The notes beneath the pieces are model-generated. The model worked only from the letters and a program-made list of their open reading frames with translations. It was not told the origin of the DNA and made no database searches. Source: Mobula hypostoma (taxonomy: Eukaryota). From it: DNA of 64,000 nucleotides. The DNA lies in NCBI RefSeq assembly GCF_963921235.1, contig NC_086099.1, positions 57,288,001-57,352,000 on the forward strand. The letters are read 5' to 3'. The position numbers and the translations under genes are program-made. Positions 12,263 to 24,257 of the stretch are shown in pieces (the first letter of the stretch is position 1; every line of letters begins with the position of its first letter).

Positions 12263-15200
12263 ATAGAAACATAGAAACATAGAAAATAGGTGCAGGAGTA
12301 GGCCATTCGGCCCTTCGAGCCTGCACCGTCATTTATTATGATCATGGCTCATCCTCCAACTCAGAACCCAGCCTTCCCTCCATACCCCCTGACCCCTGTA
12401 GCCACAAGGGCCATATCTAACTCCCTCTTAAACATAGCCAATGAACTGGCCTCAACAGTTTGCTGTGGCAGAGAATTCCACAGATTCACCACTCTCTGTG
12501 TGAAGAAGTTTTTCCTAATCTCGGTCCTAAAAGGCTTCCCCTCTATCCTCAAACTGTGACCCCTCGTTCTGGAACTCCCCAACATCGGGAACAATCTTCC
12601 CGCATCTAGCCTGTCCAATCCCTTTAGGATCTTATACGTTTCAATCAGATCCCCCCTCAATCTTCTAAATTCCAACGAGTACAAGCCCAGTTCATCCAGT
12701 CTTTCTTTATATGAAAGACCTGCCATCCCAGGAATCAATCTGGTGAACCTTCTTTGTACTCCCTCTATGGCGAAGATGTCTTTCCTCAGATTAGGGGACC
12801 AAAACTGCACACAATACTCCAGGTGTGGTCTCACCAAGGCCTTGTACAACTGCAGTAGTACCTCCCTGCTCCTGTACTCGAATCCTCTCGCTATAAATGC
12901 CAGCATACCGTTCGCCTTTTTCACCGCCTGCTGTACCTGCATGCCCACTTTCAATGACTGGTGTATAATGACACCCAGGTCTCGTTGCACCTCCCCTTTT
13001 CCTAATCGGCCACCATTCAGATAATAATCTGTTTTCCTATTTTTGCCACCAAAGTGGATAACTTCACATTTATCCACATTAAATTGCATCTGCCATGAGT
13101 TTGCCCACTCACCCAACCTATCCAAGTCACCCTGCATCCTCTTAGCATCCTCCTCACTGCTAACACTGCCACCCAGCTTCGTGTCATCCGCAAACTTGGA
13201 GATGCTGCATTTAATTCCCTCATCCAAGTCATTAATATATATTGTAAACAACTGGGGTCCCAGCACTGAGCCTTGCGGTACCCCACTAGTCACCGCCTGC
13301 CATTCTGAAAAGGTCCCGTTTATTCCCACTCTTTGCTTCCTGTCTGCCAACCAATGTTCTATCCACATCAATACCTTACCCCCAATACCGTGTGCTTTAA
13401 GTTTGCACACTAATCTCCTGTGTGGGACCTTGTCAAAAGCCTTTTGAAAATCCAAATATACCACATCCACTGGTTCTCCCCTATCCACTCTACGAGTTAC
13501 ATCCTCAAAAAATTCTATGAGATTCGTCAGACATGATTTTCCTTTCACAAATCCATGCTGACTTTGTCCGATCATTTCACCGCTTTCCAAATGTGCTGTT
13601 ATCACATCCTTGATAACTGACTCCAGCAGTTTCCCCACCACCAACGTTAGGCTAACTGGCCTATAATTCCCTGGTTTCTCTCTCCCTCCTTTTTTAAAAA
13701 GTGGGGTTACATTAGCCACCCTCCAATCCTCAGGAACTAGTCCAGAATCTAACGAGTTTTGAAAAATTATCACTAATGCATCCACTATTTCTTGGGCTAC
13801 TTCCTTAAGCACTCTAGGATGCAGACCATCTGGCCCTGGGGATTTATCTGCCTTCAATCCCTTCAATTTACCTAACACCACTTCCCTACTAACATGTATT
13901 TCACTCAGTTCCTCCATCTCACTGGACCCTCTGTCCCTTACTATTTCTGGAAGATTATTTATGTCCTCCTTAGTGAAGACAGAACCAAAGTAATTATTCA
14001 ATTGGTCTGCCATGTCCTTGCTCCCCATAATCAATTCACCTGTTTCTGTCTGCAGGGGACCTACATTTGTCTTTACCAGTCTTTTCCTTTTTACATATCT
14101 ATAAAAGCTTTTACAGTCCGTTTTTATGTTCTCTGCCAGTTTTCTCTCAAAATCTTTTTTCCCCTTCCTAATTAAGCCCTTTGTCCTCCTCTGCTGAACT
14201 CTGAATTTCTCCCAGTCCTCAGGTGAGCCACTTTCTCTGGCTAATTTGTATGCTACTTCTTTGGTATTGATACTATCCCTAATTTCTCTTGTCAGCAAGG
14301 GGTGCACTACCTTCCTTGATTTATTCTTTTGCCAAACTGGGATGAACAATTGTTGTAGTTCATCCATGCAACCTTTAAATGCTTGCCATTGCATATCCAC
14401 CGTCAATCCTTTAAGTGTCATTTGCCAGTCTATCTTAGCTAATTCACGTCTCATACCTTCAAAATTACCCCTCTTTAAGTTCAGAACCTTTGTTTCTGAA
14501 TTAACTATGTCACTCTCCATCTTAATGAAGAATTCCACCATATTATGGTCACTCTTACCCAAGGGGCCTCTCACGACAAGATCGCTAATTAACCCTTCCT
14601 CATTGCTCAAAACCCAGTCCAGAATAGCCTGCTCTCTAGTTGGTTCCTCGACATGTTGGTTCAAAAAACCATCCCGCATACATTCCAAGAAATTCTCTTC
14701 CTCAGCACCTTTACCAATTTGGTTCACCCAGTCTACATGTAGATTGAAGTCACCCATTATAACTGCTGTTCCTTTATTGCACACATTTCTAATTTCCTGT
14801 TTAATACCATCTCTGATCTCACTACTACTGTTAGGTGGCCTGTACACAACTCCCACCAGCGTCTTCTGCCCCTTAGTGTTACGCAGCTCTACCCATATTG
14901 ATTCCACATCTTCCCGGCTTATGTCCTTCCTTTCTATTGCGTTAATCTCTTTTTTAACCAGCAACGCCACCCCACCTCCCCTTCCTTCATGTCTATCCCT
15001 CCTGAATATTGAATATCCCTGAACGTTGAGCTCCCATCCCTGGTCACCCTGGAGCCATGTCTCTGTGATCCCAACTATATCATAATCATTAATAACAATC
15101 TGCACTTTCAATTCATCCACCTTATTACGAATGCTCCTTGCATTGACACATAAAGCCTTCAGGCGCTCTTTTACAACTCTCTTAGCCCTTATACAGTTAT

Positions 15201-15380
15201 GTTGAAAAGTGGCCCTTTTTAATGCTTGCCCTGTATTTGTCGGCCTGCCACTTTTACTTTTCTCCTTTGTACTTTTTGCTTCTACGCTCACTTTACACCC
15301 CTCTGTCTCTCTGCACTGGTTCCCATCCCTCTGTTGTGAACTAACCTCCTCACGCCTAGCCTCTTTAATTTGATTCCCAC
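12263..15380 (-). mobile_element. Young CR1 LINE, 5'-truncated above ORF2
   Basis: (ATAGAAAC)n tail at ~12263-12286; TSD ataat at 12258-12262 and 15381-15385; the flanks rejoin an older CR1-type 3' end. Confidence 0.95.
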
Positions 15381-15411
15381 ATAATGAGTTTGTCTGAAGG
15401 GTTTTTTTCAT
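12361..15411 (-). CDS. CR1 ORF2: APE endonuclease + reverse transcriptase, uninterrupted
   Basis: 1016-aa ORF with APE motifs (NARS, GITETW, MGDFN, SDH) and RT motifs (YLDFQKAFD, GVPQGS, FADD). The first ~10 codons lie outside the element, so the listed start is not the native one. Confidence 0.9.
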   Translation of the reverse strand: MKKTLQTNSLCGNQIKEARREEVSSQQRDGNQCRETEGCKVSVEAKSTKEKSKSGRPTNTGQALKRATFQHNCIRAKRVVKERLKALCVNARSIRNKVDELKVQIVINDYDIVGITETWLQGDQGWELNVQGYSIFRRDRHEGRGGGVALLVKKEINAIERKDISREDVESIWVELRNTKGQKTLVGVVYRPPNSSSEIRDGIKQEIRNVCNKGTAVIMGDFNLHVDWVNQIGKGAEEENFLECMRDGFLNQHVEEPTREQAILDWVLSNEEGLISDLVVRGPLGKSDHNMVEFFIKMESDIVNSETKVLNLKRGNFEGMRRELAKIDWQMTLKGLTVDMQWQAFKGCMDELQQLFIPVWQKNKSRKVVHPLLTREIRDSINTKEVAYKLARESGSPEDWEKFRVQQRRTKGLIRKGKKDFERKLAENIKTDCKSFYRYVKRKRLVKTNVGPLQTETGELIMGSKDMADQLNNYFGSVFTKEDINNLPEIVRDRGSSEMEELSEIHVSREVVLGKLKGLKADKSPGPDGLHPRVLKEVAQEIVDALVIIFQNSLDSGLVPEDWRVANVTPLFKKGGREKPGNYRPVSLTLVVGKLLESVIKDVITAHLESGEMIGQSQHGFVKGKSCLTNLIEFFEDVTRRVDRGEPVDVVYLDFQKAFDKVPHRRLVCKLKAHGIGGKVLMWIEHWLADRKQRVGINGTFSEWQAVTSGVPQGSVLGPQLFTIYINDLDEGIKCSISKFADDTKLGGSVSSEEDAKRMQGDLDRLGEWANSWQMQFNVDKCEVIHFGGKNRKTDYYLNGGRLGKGEVQRDLGVIIHQSLKVGMQVQQAVKKANGMLAFIARGFEYRSREVLLQLYKALVRPHLEYCVQFWSPNLRKDIFAIEGVQRRFTRLIPGMAGLSYKERLDELGLYSLEFRRLRGDLIETYKILKGLDRLDAGRLFPMLGSSRTRGHSLRIEGKPFRTEIRKNFFTQRVVNLWNSLPQQTVEASSLAMFKRELDMALVATGVRGYGGKAGF

Positions 15412-16438
15412 GCTGCATTAGTCTATGACGCCGTAAACTCTGAACGTGCCCAGGAAGCCATTCAGTTTAAGGTGAATAAAGATGGGCAGATGACCTTATT
15501 GGTGATACCTGGATCTGGAAAAATGATAGTGCAAAGTGGAAGTCTGACCGGAAAGATGATGCTATGACATGCCTTAAGAGTATATAGGAATGGATGTGGG
15601 CCTCAGCAGCAGATGAGCTGAACCAAAGGTATAGTGGGAGGTATGCAGATGGAGGCAAGTGATGATATCATCAACACGCAGAGGGAAGTTTATCTTGAGG
15701 CCAAGTACATCACCCAAATTGTATTCCTATGTGGAGGTATTCTAGGAATCACTTATGGGATTCTGTATAGGTTTGTTACACTTAGACAGGGAAAGGATTA
15801 TTGACAAGATTGGTGGAACATTTAGTGAAGAGGAAGAAAGAAGCATACTTAAGGTTTTGGTAGCAAAGCTCAGACAGGGCTCTTGAAAGCTAAGATAGTT
15901 AGGAAAGAGATTAAGAAGGGACATAGGAGAGCGAGAAGGGGATTTAAGAAGGCCTTGATGTTTACAATTAAGGATAACACCAAGGCACTCTCCATGTAAG
16001 TGTAGCCCCCCTGGCCACCCTCAGGGTCGCTCGACTTGCTGTCATCTAGGAACAGAACAGAAGTAGACTAAAGTGAGAATAAGACTGATAAAGCACGAAA
16101 TCTGTGCATGGAGGCAAAGGAAGTAGGGGAGACCCTTGATGAATGCTTTGCTTCAATATTCACCAGTGAGAGACACCTTGATGAATGTGAGTTCGATGTA
16201 GAACAAACAATGTGCTGATGTATGCTGAGTTTAAGAGAGAGGCAGTGTTGGAGCTTCTGAAAAACATTAGGATAGATAAATCCTTTGGGCCAGACAGGAT
16301 AAAGCCAGATTACTGTGAGAAGTGAGTAAAGACAGTGTTGGGGTGTTGTTGATGATCTTTGCATCCTCCCTTGTCTGAGGAGTAGCACCAGAGGATTTAA
16401 GGATGTCAAATATTGTATAAAATAGGTTATAGAGGTAA

Positions 16439-16580
16439 ACAACAGGAATTCTGCAGATGCTGGAAATTCAAGCAACATACATCAAAGTTGCTGGTGAACG
16501 CAGCAGACCAGGCAGCATCTATAGGAAGAGGCGCAGTCGACGTTTCAGGCCGAGACCCTTCGTCAGGACTAACTGAAGGA
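16439..16580 (-). mobile_element. Penelope-like terminal repeat with hammerhead, inserted in CR1
   Basis: Flanking repeat agaggtaa at 16431-16438 and 16581-16588. Confidence 0.75.
16535..16570 (-). ncRNA. Minimal type I hammerhead ribozyme (Penelope-associated)
   Basis: agtc-CTGACGA-a-gggt-ctcg-gcct-GAAAC-GTC-gact; stem I agtc/gact; palindromic ACGU in place of stem III. Confidence 0.7.
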
Positions 16581-17149
16581 AGAGGTAATCCTGAGCATTA
16601 TAGACCAATGAGTCTTATCTCACTTATTAGCAAACTAATGGAAAGGATTCTTAGGGACAATCATTAACAGTGGAATTTCTGAATATTTGGACAGGCATAG
16701 ACTTATTAGGGCTAGTCAGCATGGTTTTGTGAGAAGCAGCTCATGCCTCATAAGTCTGATTGAGATTTTTGAGCAGGTGACAAAGAAAATTGACGAAGGT
16801 AGATTGATGAATATGGGTATATGAATTTTACTAAGGTGTTTCACAAGGTTTCCTAAGGAGGACTCATTGAGAAAGTCAGGAGTTATATGATCCAAGGAAA
16901 ATTGACTGCATGGATTCTGAATTGGCTTCCGCACAAAAAACAGAGGGCTGCAGAAGATGGAAAGTATTCTGGAGGCAAGTGATTAGTACTGTTCCACAGA
17001 GATCTATTCTGGGACCCCTGCTGTTTGTGTTTTTCATAAAAGACTTGATAATGAGAAAATTGAAGAGTGGGTTATTAGGTTTGCAGATGATATGAAATTT
17101 GATGATTTGGAGATGAAAAGTCTTCACCCAGTCTGAGGAGGGAACCTTG

Positions 17150-20100
17150 CAAATCAATACTTTGTAGCCATGTATTCAGAGCCTGAAAAACAGTCAAACC
17201 AAGCTTGGGATTCATTAGCAAGGTCATTAAAAAGGCAGGGGAAGCAGAGTGACATTATTGGAGTGGAACAGTGTTAGAGTGGGAAGACTTTTGGCTTTGC
17301 TCAAAAGGCCAGGCAATAACAGGCATGTGCAATGTAAGTATCTGGTAAGCTTTTTCTTGCTCATTCTTCATCTGTTAGTATATAGCTAGAGCAGTAAGAG
17401 TGGTTCATACTGCATCTCTGTGCGGTATCTCAGTTGTACAGCAGCTGATAGGAAAGCACTTCAGCGGGTCATCTCTAGTGCACAGAAGATCACTGGGACA
17501 CAGCTCCCAGCCTGGAGCTCTCGCTACCTAAGGAAAACTACAAGCATCTGTAAGGACAATACACACCCATGCAATCATCTGTTTGAACTTCCATCTGGCA
17601 GACGTTAAAAGATTTTCTATGCCCGCACTTCCAGACTGAAAAATAGCTTTTTCCCCAGAGCTATAATTGCTCTGAACCAATCGATCAAGCATCATCCATA
17701 AATTTGTTATATTGCTACTCTAATACTGGTTTTATGGCTGTCATGCATCTGAGTTGTGCTTTTGTACTGCTGGACATTGCTGGTATTGGCTGGTTACTTG
17801 ATTTATTTATAGTTTATTTATTTCATTTGTTGTTTTATAGCATTGAGTATGAGAGTTGCAGACTCATATTCGCTGTATTGGTGCATGACAACTGTAATAA
17901 ATGCAATAAAGATATTTCATTTCATTTCTAGGGTTTGTGTTTTGTTCTGTGTACAGGATATGGGAATCCTGCGAGACCTCCTGCCTCCCTGACAGCCACA
18001 TCTGCATAGGAACACCAAGCTGAGGCTCCTCAGAGAACGTGTCAAAGAACTTGAGCTGCAACTTGAAGACCTTCAGACCATAAGGGAAACTGAGGAGATG
18101 ATAGATAGGAGCTACAGAGAGGTAGTTACTTCTAGGTAGCCAGAGGCATGTGATTGGGTGACTGACAGGAGAGGGGAGGGAAATAGGCAGCCAATATAGA
18201 GTACCCTTGTGGCTGTTTCCCTCAATAACAGGTATAATGTTTTGGATACTGTTGGGGGAGGGTGATGACCTACCTGGGAATGCTGTAGTGACCAGGTCTC
18301 TGGCACAGAAGGGAATAGAGCAGAGGAGGAAAGCAGTGGTTATCGGAGATTCCAATGTTAGAGGAGTAGATAGGAGAGTCAGTGAACGTGATGGCAAGAC
18401 CCAGATGGAACGTTGCTTCCAGATGCAAGGGTCAGAGACAACTTGGATCATGTTCATGACATTCAAAAGTGGGAGAGAGAGCAGCCAGACATATTGGTAC
18501 ATACTGGTGCCAATGACATAGGAAGGAAAAGAGAGGAGGTCCTAAAGAAAGAATTTAAAGAGCTATTTGAAAGCTGAAAAGCAGGACCTCCAGGGTAACC
18601 ATCTCTGGATTGCTGCCTGTGCCACACACCAGTGTAGGATAATATGGCAGATGAATATATGGCTGAAAAACTGGTGCGGGGACAGGGTTTTAGAATTCTG
18701 GATCATTAGGATTTCTTTTGGGGAAGGTATGGTCTGTAGAAAAAGGACAGGCTACACCTGAACCCAAGAGGGACCAATATCCTTGTGGGCAGGTTTGCTA
18801 GAGCTGTTGAGGGTTTAAACCAATATGGCAGAGAGATGGGAACGAGCGTAATAGGGCTGAGAATAGGGATGTTGGTTTACAACCAGAGATAGTTTATAGT
18901 GAGACGGTCAGAAAGGACAAGCAGATGACAGGGAAAAGTTGCAGTCGATGGGATGGGTACAGTGTACAACAGGGACAAAATTGAAAATGGTGACAAATAC
19001 ACGAATGAAGGTGTTATAATTGAATGCATGCAGTATACAGAATATGGTAGATGATCTTGGAGCGCATTTAGGGATTGGCAGGTATGACATTGGGGATATC
19101 ACAGAGTCATGGCTGAAAGAAGATTGTAGAAGGGAGGTTAATAGCTGAAGATACACAATGTATTAAGAGGACAGGCAGGGAAGCAGAGGAGGAGGAGAAG
19201 AAGTGACTCTACTAGTAAAAAAAAAGGAAATAAAATCAGTAGAAAGAAATGACATAGGATTGGAAGATGTAGAGTCCTCATTGGTAGAGTTAAGAAACTG
19301 CAAGGGTAAGGCTACCCAGGTAGGAGTTACTTACAGGCCTCCGAACAGTAGCCAGAATGTTGGCTACAAATTACATCCCGAAGAAGAGGAAATATTCTAA
19401 AGGCAGGATGACGCGACTGTAGCTGACAAGGGAATTCAAAACCAACATAACAGCAAAAGAGATGGCATTTAATAAAGCAAAAATTAGTGGGAAGTTAGAG
19501 CATTGGGAAACTTAAAAAGCAACAGAAGACAACTAAAACAACCATAAGGGGGGAAAAATGAACTATGAAAATAAGCTAGCCAATAATATCAAAAATAATA
19601 CCAAAAGTTTCTTCTGATTTAGAAAGAGTAAAAGAGAGGAGAGAGTAGATATTGGGCTGCTGGACACTGGAGAGATATTAATGGGGGACAAAGAAATAGT
19701 GGATGAACTGAATATGTATTTTGCATTGGTCTACACAGTGGAAGACACTCATAGTGTGCCAGATATTCGAGAGTGTCAAGGTGCAGATGTGAGTGCAGTT
19801 GCTATTACTAGTAAGATGATGCTTGGAAAACTGTAAGGTCTAAAAGTAGACCAGTTGGACTAGGCCCCAGGATTCTGAAAAAGATAGCTGAAGAGATTGT
19901 GGAGATATTAGTAATGATCTTTCAAAAATCAATAGATTCTGGCATGGTTCTGGAGAACTGGAAAACTGCAACTGCCACTCCACTCTTCAAGAAGGGAGAG
20001 AGGCAGAAGAAAGGAAATTATCGGCCTGTTAGCCTGACTTCAGTGGTTGGGAAGATGTTGGTGTCGATTATTAAGGATGTGGTTCTGGGGTACTTGGAGG

Positions 20101-21210
20101 TACATGACAAAATAGGCCAGAGGCAGTATGGTTTTCTTAGGGGCAAATCTTGCCTGACAAATTCGTTGGAATTTTTTGAAGAAATAACAGGCAGGATAGA
20201 CAAAGAAGAATTGGTGAACGTCGTGAACTTGGATTTTCAGAAGGTCTTTGACAAGGTGCCGCATATGAGGCTGCTAAACAAGGTATAAGACCAGAATGTT
20301 ACAGGAAAGATACTAGCATGGATAGAGATTTGGCTGATTGGCAGGAGCTAAAGAGGGGGAATAGAGGAATTTTCTGACTACAGTTTAAGAGAATAGGCAA
20401 AGAGTAGCAGATGGAATAAAGTATCGGGAAGTGTATGGGCATGCATGTTGGTAGGCAGAATAAAAGCATAGACTATTTTTAATGGGATAAGAATTCAAAA
20501 ATACAAGGTGCATAGGGATTTGGGAGTCCTTGTGCAGGATTTCCTCAAGATTAATTTGCATGTTGAATCAGTGGTGAGGAAGGCAAATGCTAACATTCAA
20601 GAGGAATAGCATAGAAAAACAAGGACGTGATGCTGAGGTTGGAAAAGGCTCTGGTGTCGCCTCACTTGGAGTATTGTGAGTAGTTTTGGGCCCTTTATTT
20701 AAGAAATAATGTGCTCACATTAGGGAGGTTTCAGAGGAGGTTCACAAGAATGATTCTGGGAATGAAAGGGTTATCATATGAGCAGTAATTTAAAGCTCTG
20801 GGCCTGTACTCACTGGGATTTAGCAGAATGAGGGGGGAATCGCATTGAAACCTATTGAATGTTGAAAGGGCTAGATAGAGTAGACATGAAGAGGATGGGG
20901 GAGTATGTGACAAGAGGACACACTCAAAATAGAGGTTCTTCCATTCAGAACAGAGATGAAGAGAAATTTCTTTAGCTAGAGGGTGGCGAATCTGTGAAAT
21001 TCATTGCCACAGGCTGCTGTGAAGGTCAGGTCACTGGGTACATTTAAGGCAGAGGTTGATTGGTTCTTGATTAGTCAGGGCATGAAAGGTCACGGGGAGA
21101 AGGCAGAAGATTGGGGTTGAGAGGGAAATGGATCAGCCATGATGAAATGGCGGGGCAGACCCAATGAACCAAATAGCCTAATTCTGTTTCTGAGTCTTAT
21201 GGTGTCATGG
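17150..21210 (+). mobile_element. Near full-length decayed CR1 (esterase-type ORF1 + ORF2 with deletions)
   Basis: ORF1 SGNH-like AVVIGDSNVRGVDR (~18330-18375); APE GVTYRPPNS; RT 19899..20288; CR1 3' end at ~21120-21210. Confidence 0.85.
17407..17928 (+). mobile_element. Rex1/Babar 3' end inserted in CR1 ORF1
   Basis: DRKALQRVI...THPCNHLFELPSGRR; (tttca)n tail. Confidence 0.8.
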
Positions 21211-21214
21211 TGCT

Positions 21215-21962
21215 ATGGATTGTGTAGAAGTTTGTTATAAGTTACAATGGGATATTGGCAAGATTGAATTTGGAATCAGAGTACAAGGTTAATGGCAGGA
21301 ATCTTAGCAGCTTGGAGGAAAAGACGGGTCTTGGGATTCATATATCCCTGAAAATTGCAACACAAGTTGATAGGAAGATTAAAAAAGTGTATCTTGTGTT
21401 TGCCTTCGTTAGTCAGGGGACTGTGTTCAAGATCTCTGAGTTATATAGTAGCTCTACACACTTAGAATATTGTGTTCATTTATCGTCTCATTATAGGAAG
21501 AATGTGGAAGCTTTAGAGTGAGTGCCCAAAAGACTTACAAGAACGCTGCCTGGATTAGAGAACATGTCTCATGAGGAAAGGTTGAACGAGCTATGACTTT
21601 TCTCTTTGGAGTGGAGAAGGATGAAACGTAACTTGATAGCAGTGAGATGATGAGAGGCATAGACTGAGTGGACAGCCAGCACTGTTCTCCACGATAGCAA
21701 TAGCCAATACCAGAGAATATCCTTTTAATGCGAGTGGGATGTCAGAGGTAAGTGTTTACACAGAGAATGGTAAGACTCTGGAATGCAATGCCGGGTATGG
21801 TGGTAGAGGCTGAGACAATAGAGACTTTGAAGAGACTCTTAGATAGGCACATGGAGAAAAGAAAACTGGAGGCTGTGTAGGAGGTATTGGTTAGGTTAAA
21901 ATACTGGCACAATATCATGGGCTAAGTGCCCATTATGGTTCCATACTGTCCAATGTTCTATA
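21215..21962 (+). mobile_element. CR1 3' fragment (decayed)
   Basis: HLEYCVH..YRKNVEALE; ends ...caatgttcta. Confidence 0.75.
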
Positions 21963-22547
21963 AGTGGAGGAGTCTAATTCAGCTTCCATTTTGCCAAAGA
22001 GAAGAGAGCGATTGGAATTGGAATTAAAATTGCTTTATTATTATCAATTGCTTTGTATGCATCCATGTAGATTGTTGCACAGACGTTACAACAATGATGT
22101 AGTATAAGAGAAAATCAACTGACAATGCAGAATATATCACTATGGTTACAGAGGAAATAAAGTGTAGTTAAGTAATAAGATTCAAGGCCATGATGAGGTA
22201 AATTGCAAGAGTCTATCATCACACAACAGGTCTGCTCTGTAGTCTTAATACAGCAGGATAGAGGGTGTCCTTGAGTTTGGTGGTGACTGGAAGCCAGCTA
22301 GCTCTGTTGAATAGCCATCATCCATAAAACATCACATACCCTCTCGCTCTGTTTTGACCTTATAAATTTGCAGTGAAACAAAGACTCCTAACCTCAGACT
22401 GAAACAGGTTTGTGAATGCAGTTAATATGTCAAAAGTCAAGACGGTTGCCTTATTTACACTACAGGCTTCTGAAAAAGATGATGACACTTGGCAGGAAAA
22501 CACAACCTAAGTTCAGTTGACTCACCTTTGAATGATGCTACCAACTG

Positions 22548-22730
22548 AGGGCGGCAAAATAGTAGTGCAGTTAGACGAATTGCTTGGCGACACCAGCAAT
22601 CACCAAAGGGGGTTCAATTCCTGCCACGGTCTGTAAGGAATTTGCATGCTCCCCATGACTGTGTGGGTTTTCTTCAGGAGTTCCAGTTTCCTCCCATATT
22701 TCAAAGACATTCAGCTTAGGGTTAATGTAA
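22548..22730 (+). mobile_element. tRNA-derived V-domain SINE
   Basis: A-box-like tagtagtgcagttag, B-box ggttcaattcc, then tgtgggttttcttcaggagttccagtttcctccca. Confidence 0.7.
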
Positions 22731-23720
22731 TGAGGCCATTATAATTCCACAATAAGGTTTGGATAGATTGAGTGATCAGCTAAAAGCCGGGCAAATTAAA
22801 TGTTGGGAAGTGTGAGCCATGAACTAGTGAAATTAATTATAAGAAGATTATTATCTAAATGATGAGAGGTTGAAAATAAGGGTTCAAAGGGATCCGAGTG
22901 TTTTCATCCACGAATTACAAAAAAGTCACCAAGCATGTCCAACAAGCAAACAGTATAGTGGGTTTCTATTGTGAAGGGGATAAGAGCTTAAAAACAGGGG
23001 TTTGCTACCACTGTACAGAATATTAGTGAATCCACACCTGGAATACTGTACACAGGTTTAGCCTCCCTAACTAATGAAAAAGATCATCCAAAGTAGATTC
23101 ATCAGGTTAATTCCTGGGCTAGAACATCAAATACAGAACAATACAGCCCAGGAACAGGCCCTTAGGCCTTCATTGTCTCTTCTAACTGTTATGTACCCCT
23201 AGGGGTCATATTTTCTATGGACTATACCTTTAAAAAGAGAGAGAGAGTTGTACAACACGAACACCTTGTTAGTAAGAGAGAGAGAGGCAAAGACTGCTTT
23301 GAGATGGTGTTATGGTTTCTCTGCAGCATATTCACCCTTTTGCAAGGACACTGCCAGCTTCTGTGTTCTTACAGAGAGAGAAGGGAGGAGCTGCTTGATG
23401 GACAGCTGGTGTTCAGCATGGTGAGATAAATAGAAGGTCAGCTGATAGACTGACAGACACATGGCTTTGGACACTGGATGAGCTTTGTGGTGCCCAGAGG
23501 AAAGGGTGGGTTTTTGGAGGATCGATCAGGAGGATCAATCAGCAGAATCGATCAGTGGCTCTCGCAGTGTGGAAAAGGTGTTACCGGTGGGGAGTTATTA
23601 GTGTGTCCGACTCTCACATGGGTTGATAATTCCACCACAGAAGAACGGTCCCCTTTGCTGTGGTCACATTCGGTGACTTTTAAAGGAATTCGGAGGACAA
23701 CGGGAAGATCGACGGCATCG

Positions 23721-24126
23721 NNNNNNNNNNNNNNNNNNNNNNNNNNNNNNNNNNNNNNNNNNNNNNNNNNNNNNNNNNNNNNNNNNNNNNNNNNNNNNNN
23801 NNNNNNNNNNNNNNNNNNNNNNNNNNNNNNNNNNNNNNNNNNNNNNNNNNNNNNNNNNNNNNNNNNNNNNNNNNNNNNNNNNNNNNNNNNNNNNNNNNNN
23901 NNNNNNNNNNNNNNNNNNNNNNNNNNNNNNNNNNNNNNNNNNNNNNNNNNNNNNNNNNNNNNNNNNNNNNNNNNNNNNNNNNNNNNNNNNNNNNNNNNNN
24001 NNNNNNNNNNNNNNNNNNNNNNNNNNNNNNNNNNNNNNNNNNNNNNNNNNNNNNNNNNNNNNNNNNNNNNNNNNNNNNNNNNNNNNNNNNNNNNNNNNNN
24101 NNNNNNNNNNNNNNNNNNNNNNNNNN
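23721..24126. other. Assembly gap (406 N)
   Basis: Run of n characters. Confidence 1.
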
Positions 24127-24257
24127 CAATACCACGAACTGAACTGCACTTTACTCATTACCGTAAGACTGTATCGATTTACCCCTAGGCTTGAAGAAGT
24201 TTGGTTTTCATATATTTCCACACTTGTATATATAATCATTGCTAACCTCTTTGATAT

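Larger units (their letters stand above)
15900..17110 (+). mobile_element. Decayed CR1 RT region
   Basis: GNPEHYRPMSLISL...; VPQRSILGPLLF; many stops. Confidence 0.75.

Noticed and set aside
12262-12290. Short direct-repeat arrays such as (atagaaac)n, (gattct)n and (tgttcta)n
   Set aside because: LINE 3' microsatellite tails, not CRISPR arrays or satellites.
12743-15022. Plus-strand ORFs up to 258 aa, repeated in other CR1 copies
   Set aside because: Antisense shadows of CR1 ORF2 with no independent protein motifs.
22548-22625. tRNA-like A/B boxes
   Set aside because: SINE head with no cloverleaf, followed by a V-domain; not a tRNA gene.
23478-24239. ORFs of 151-236 aa
   Set aside because: Artefacts of translating through the N gap.
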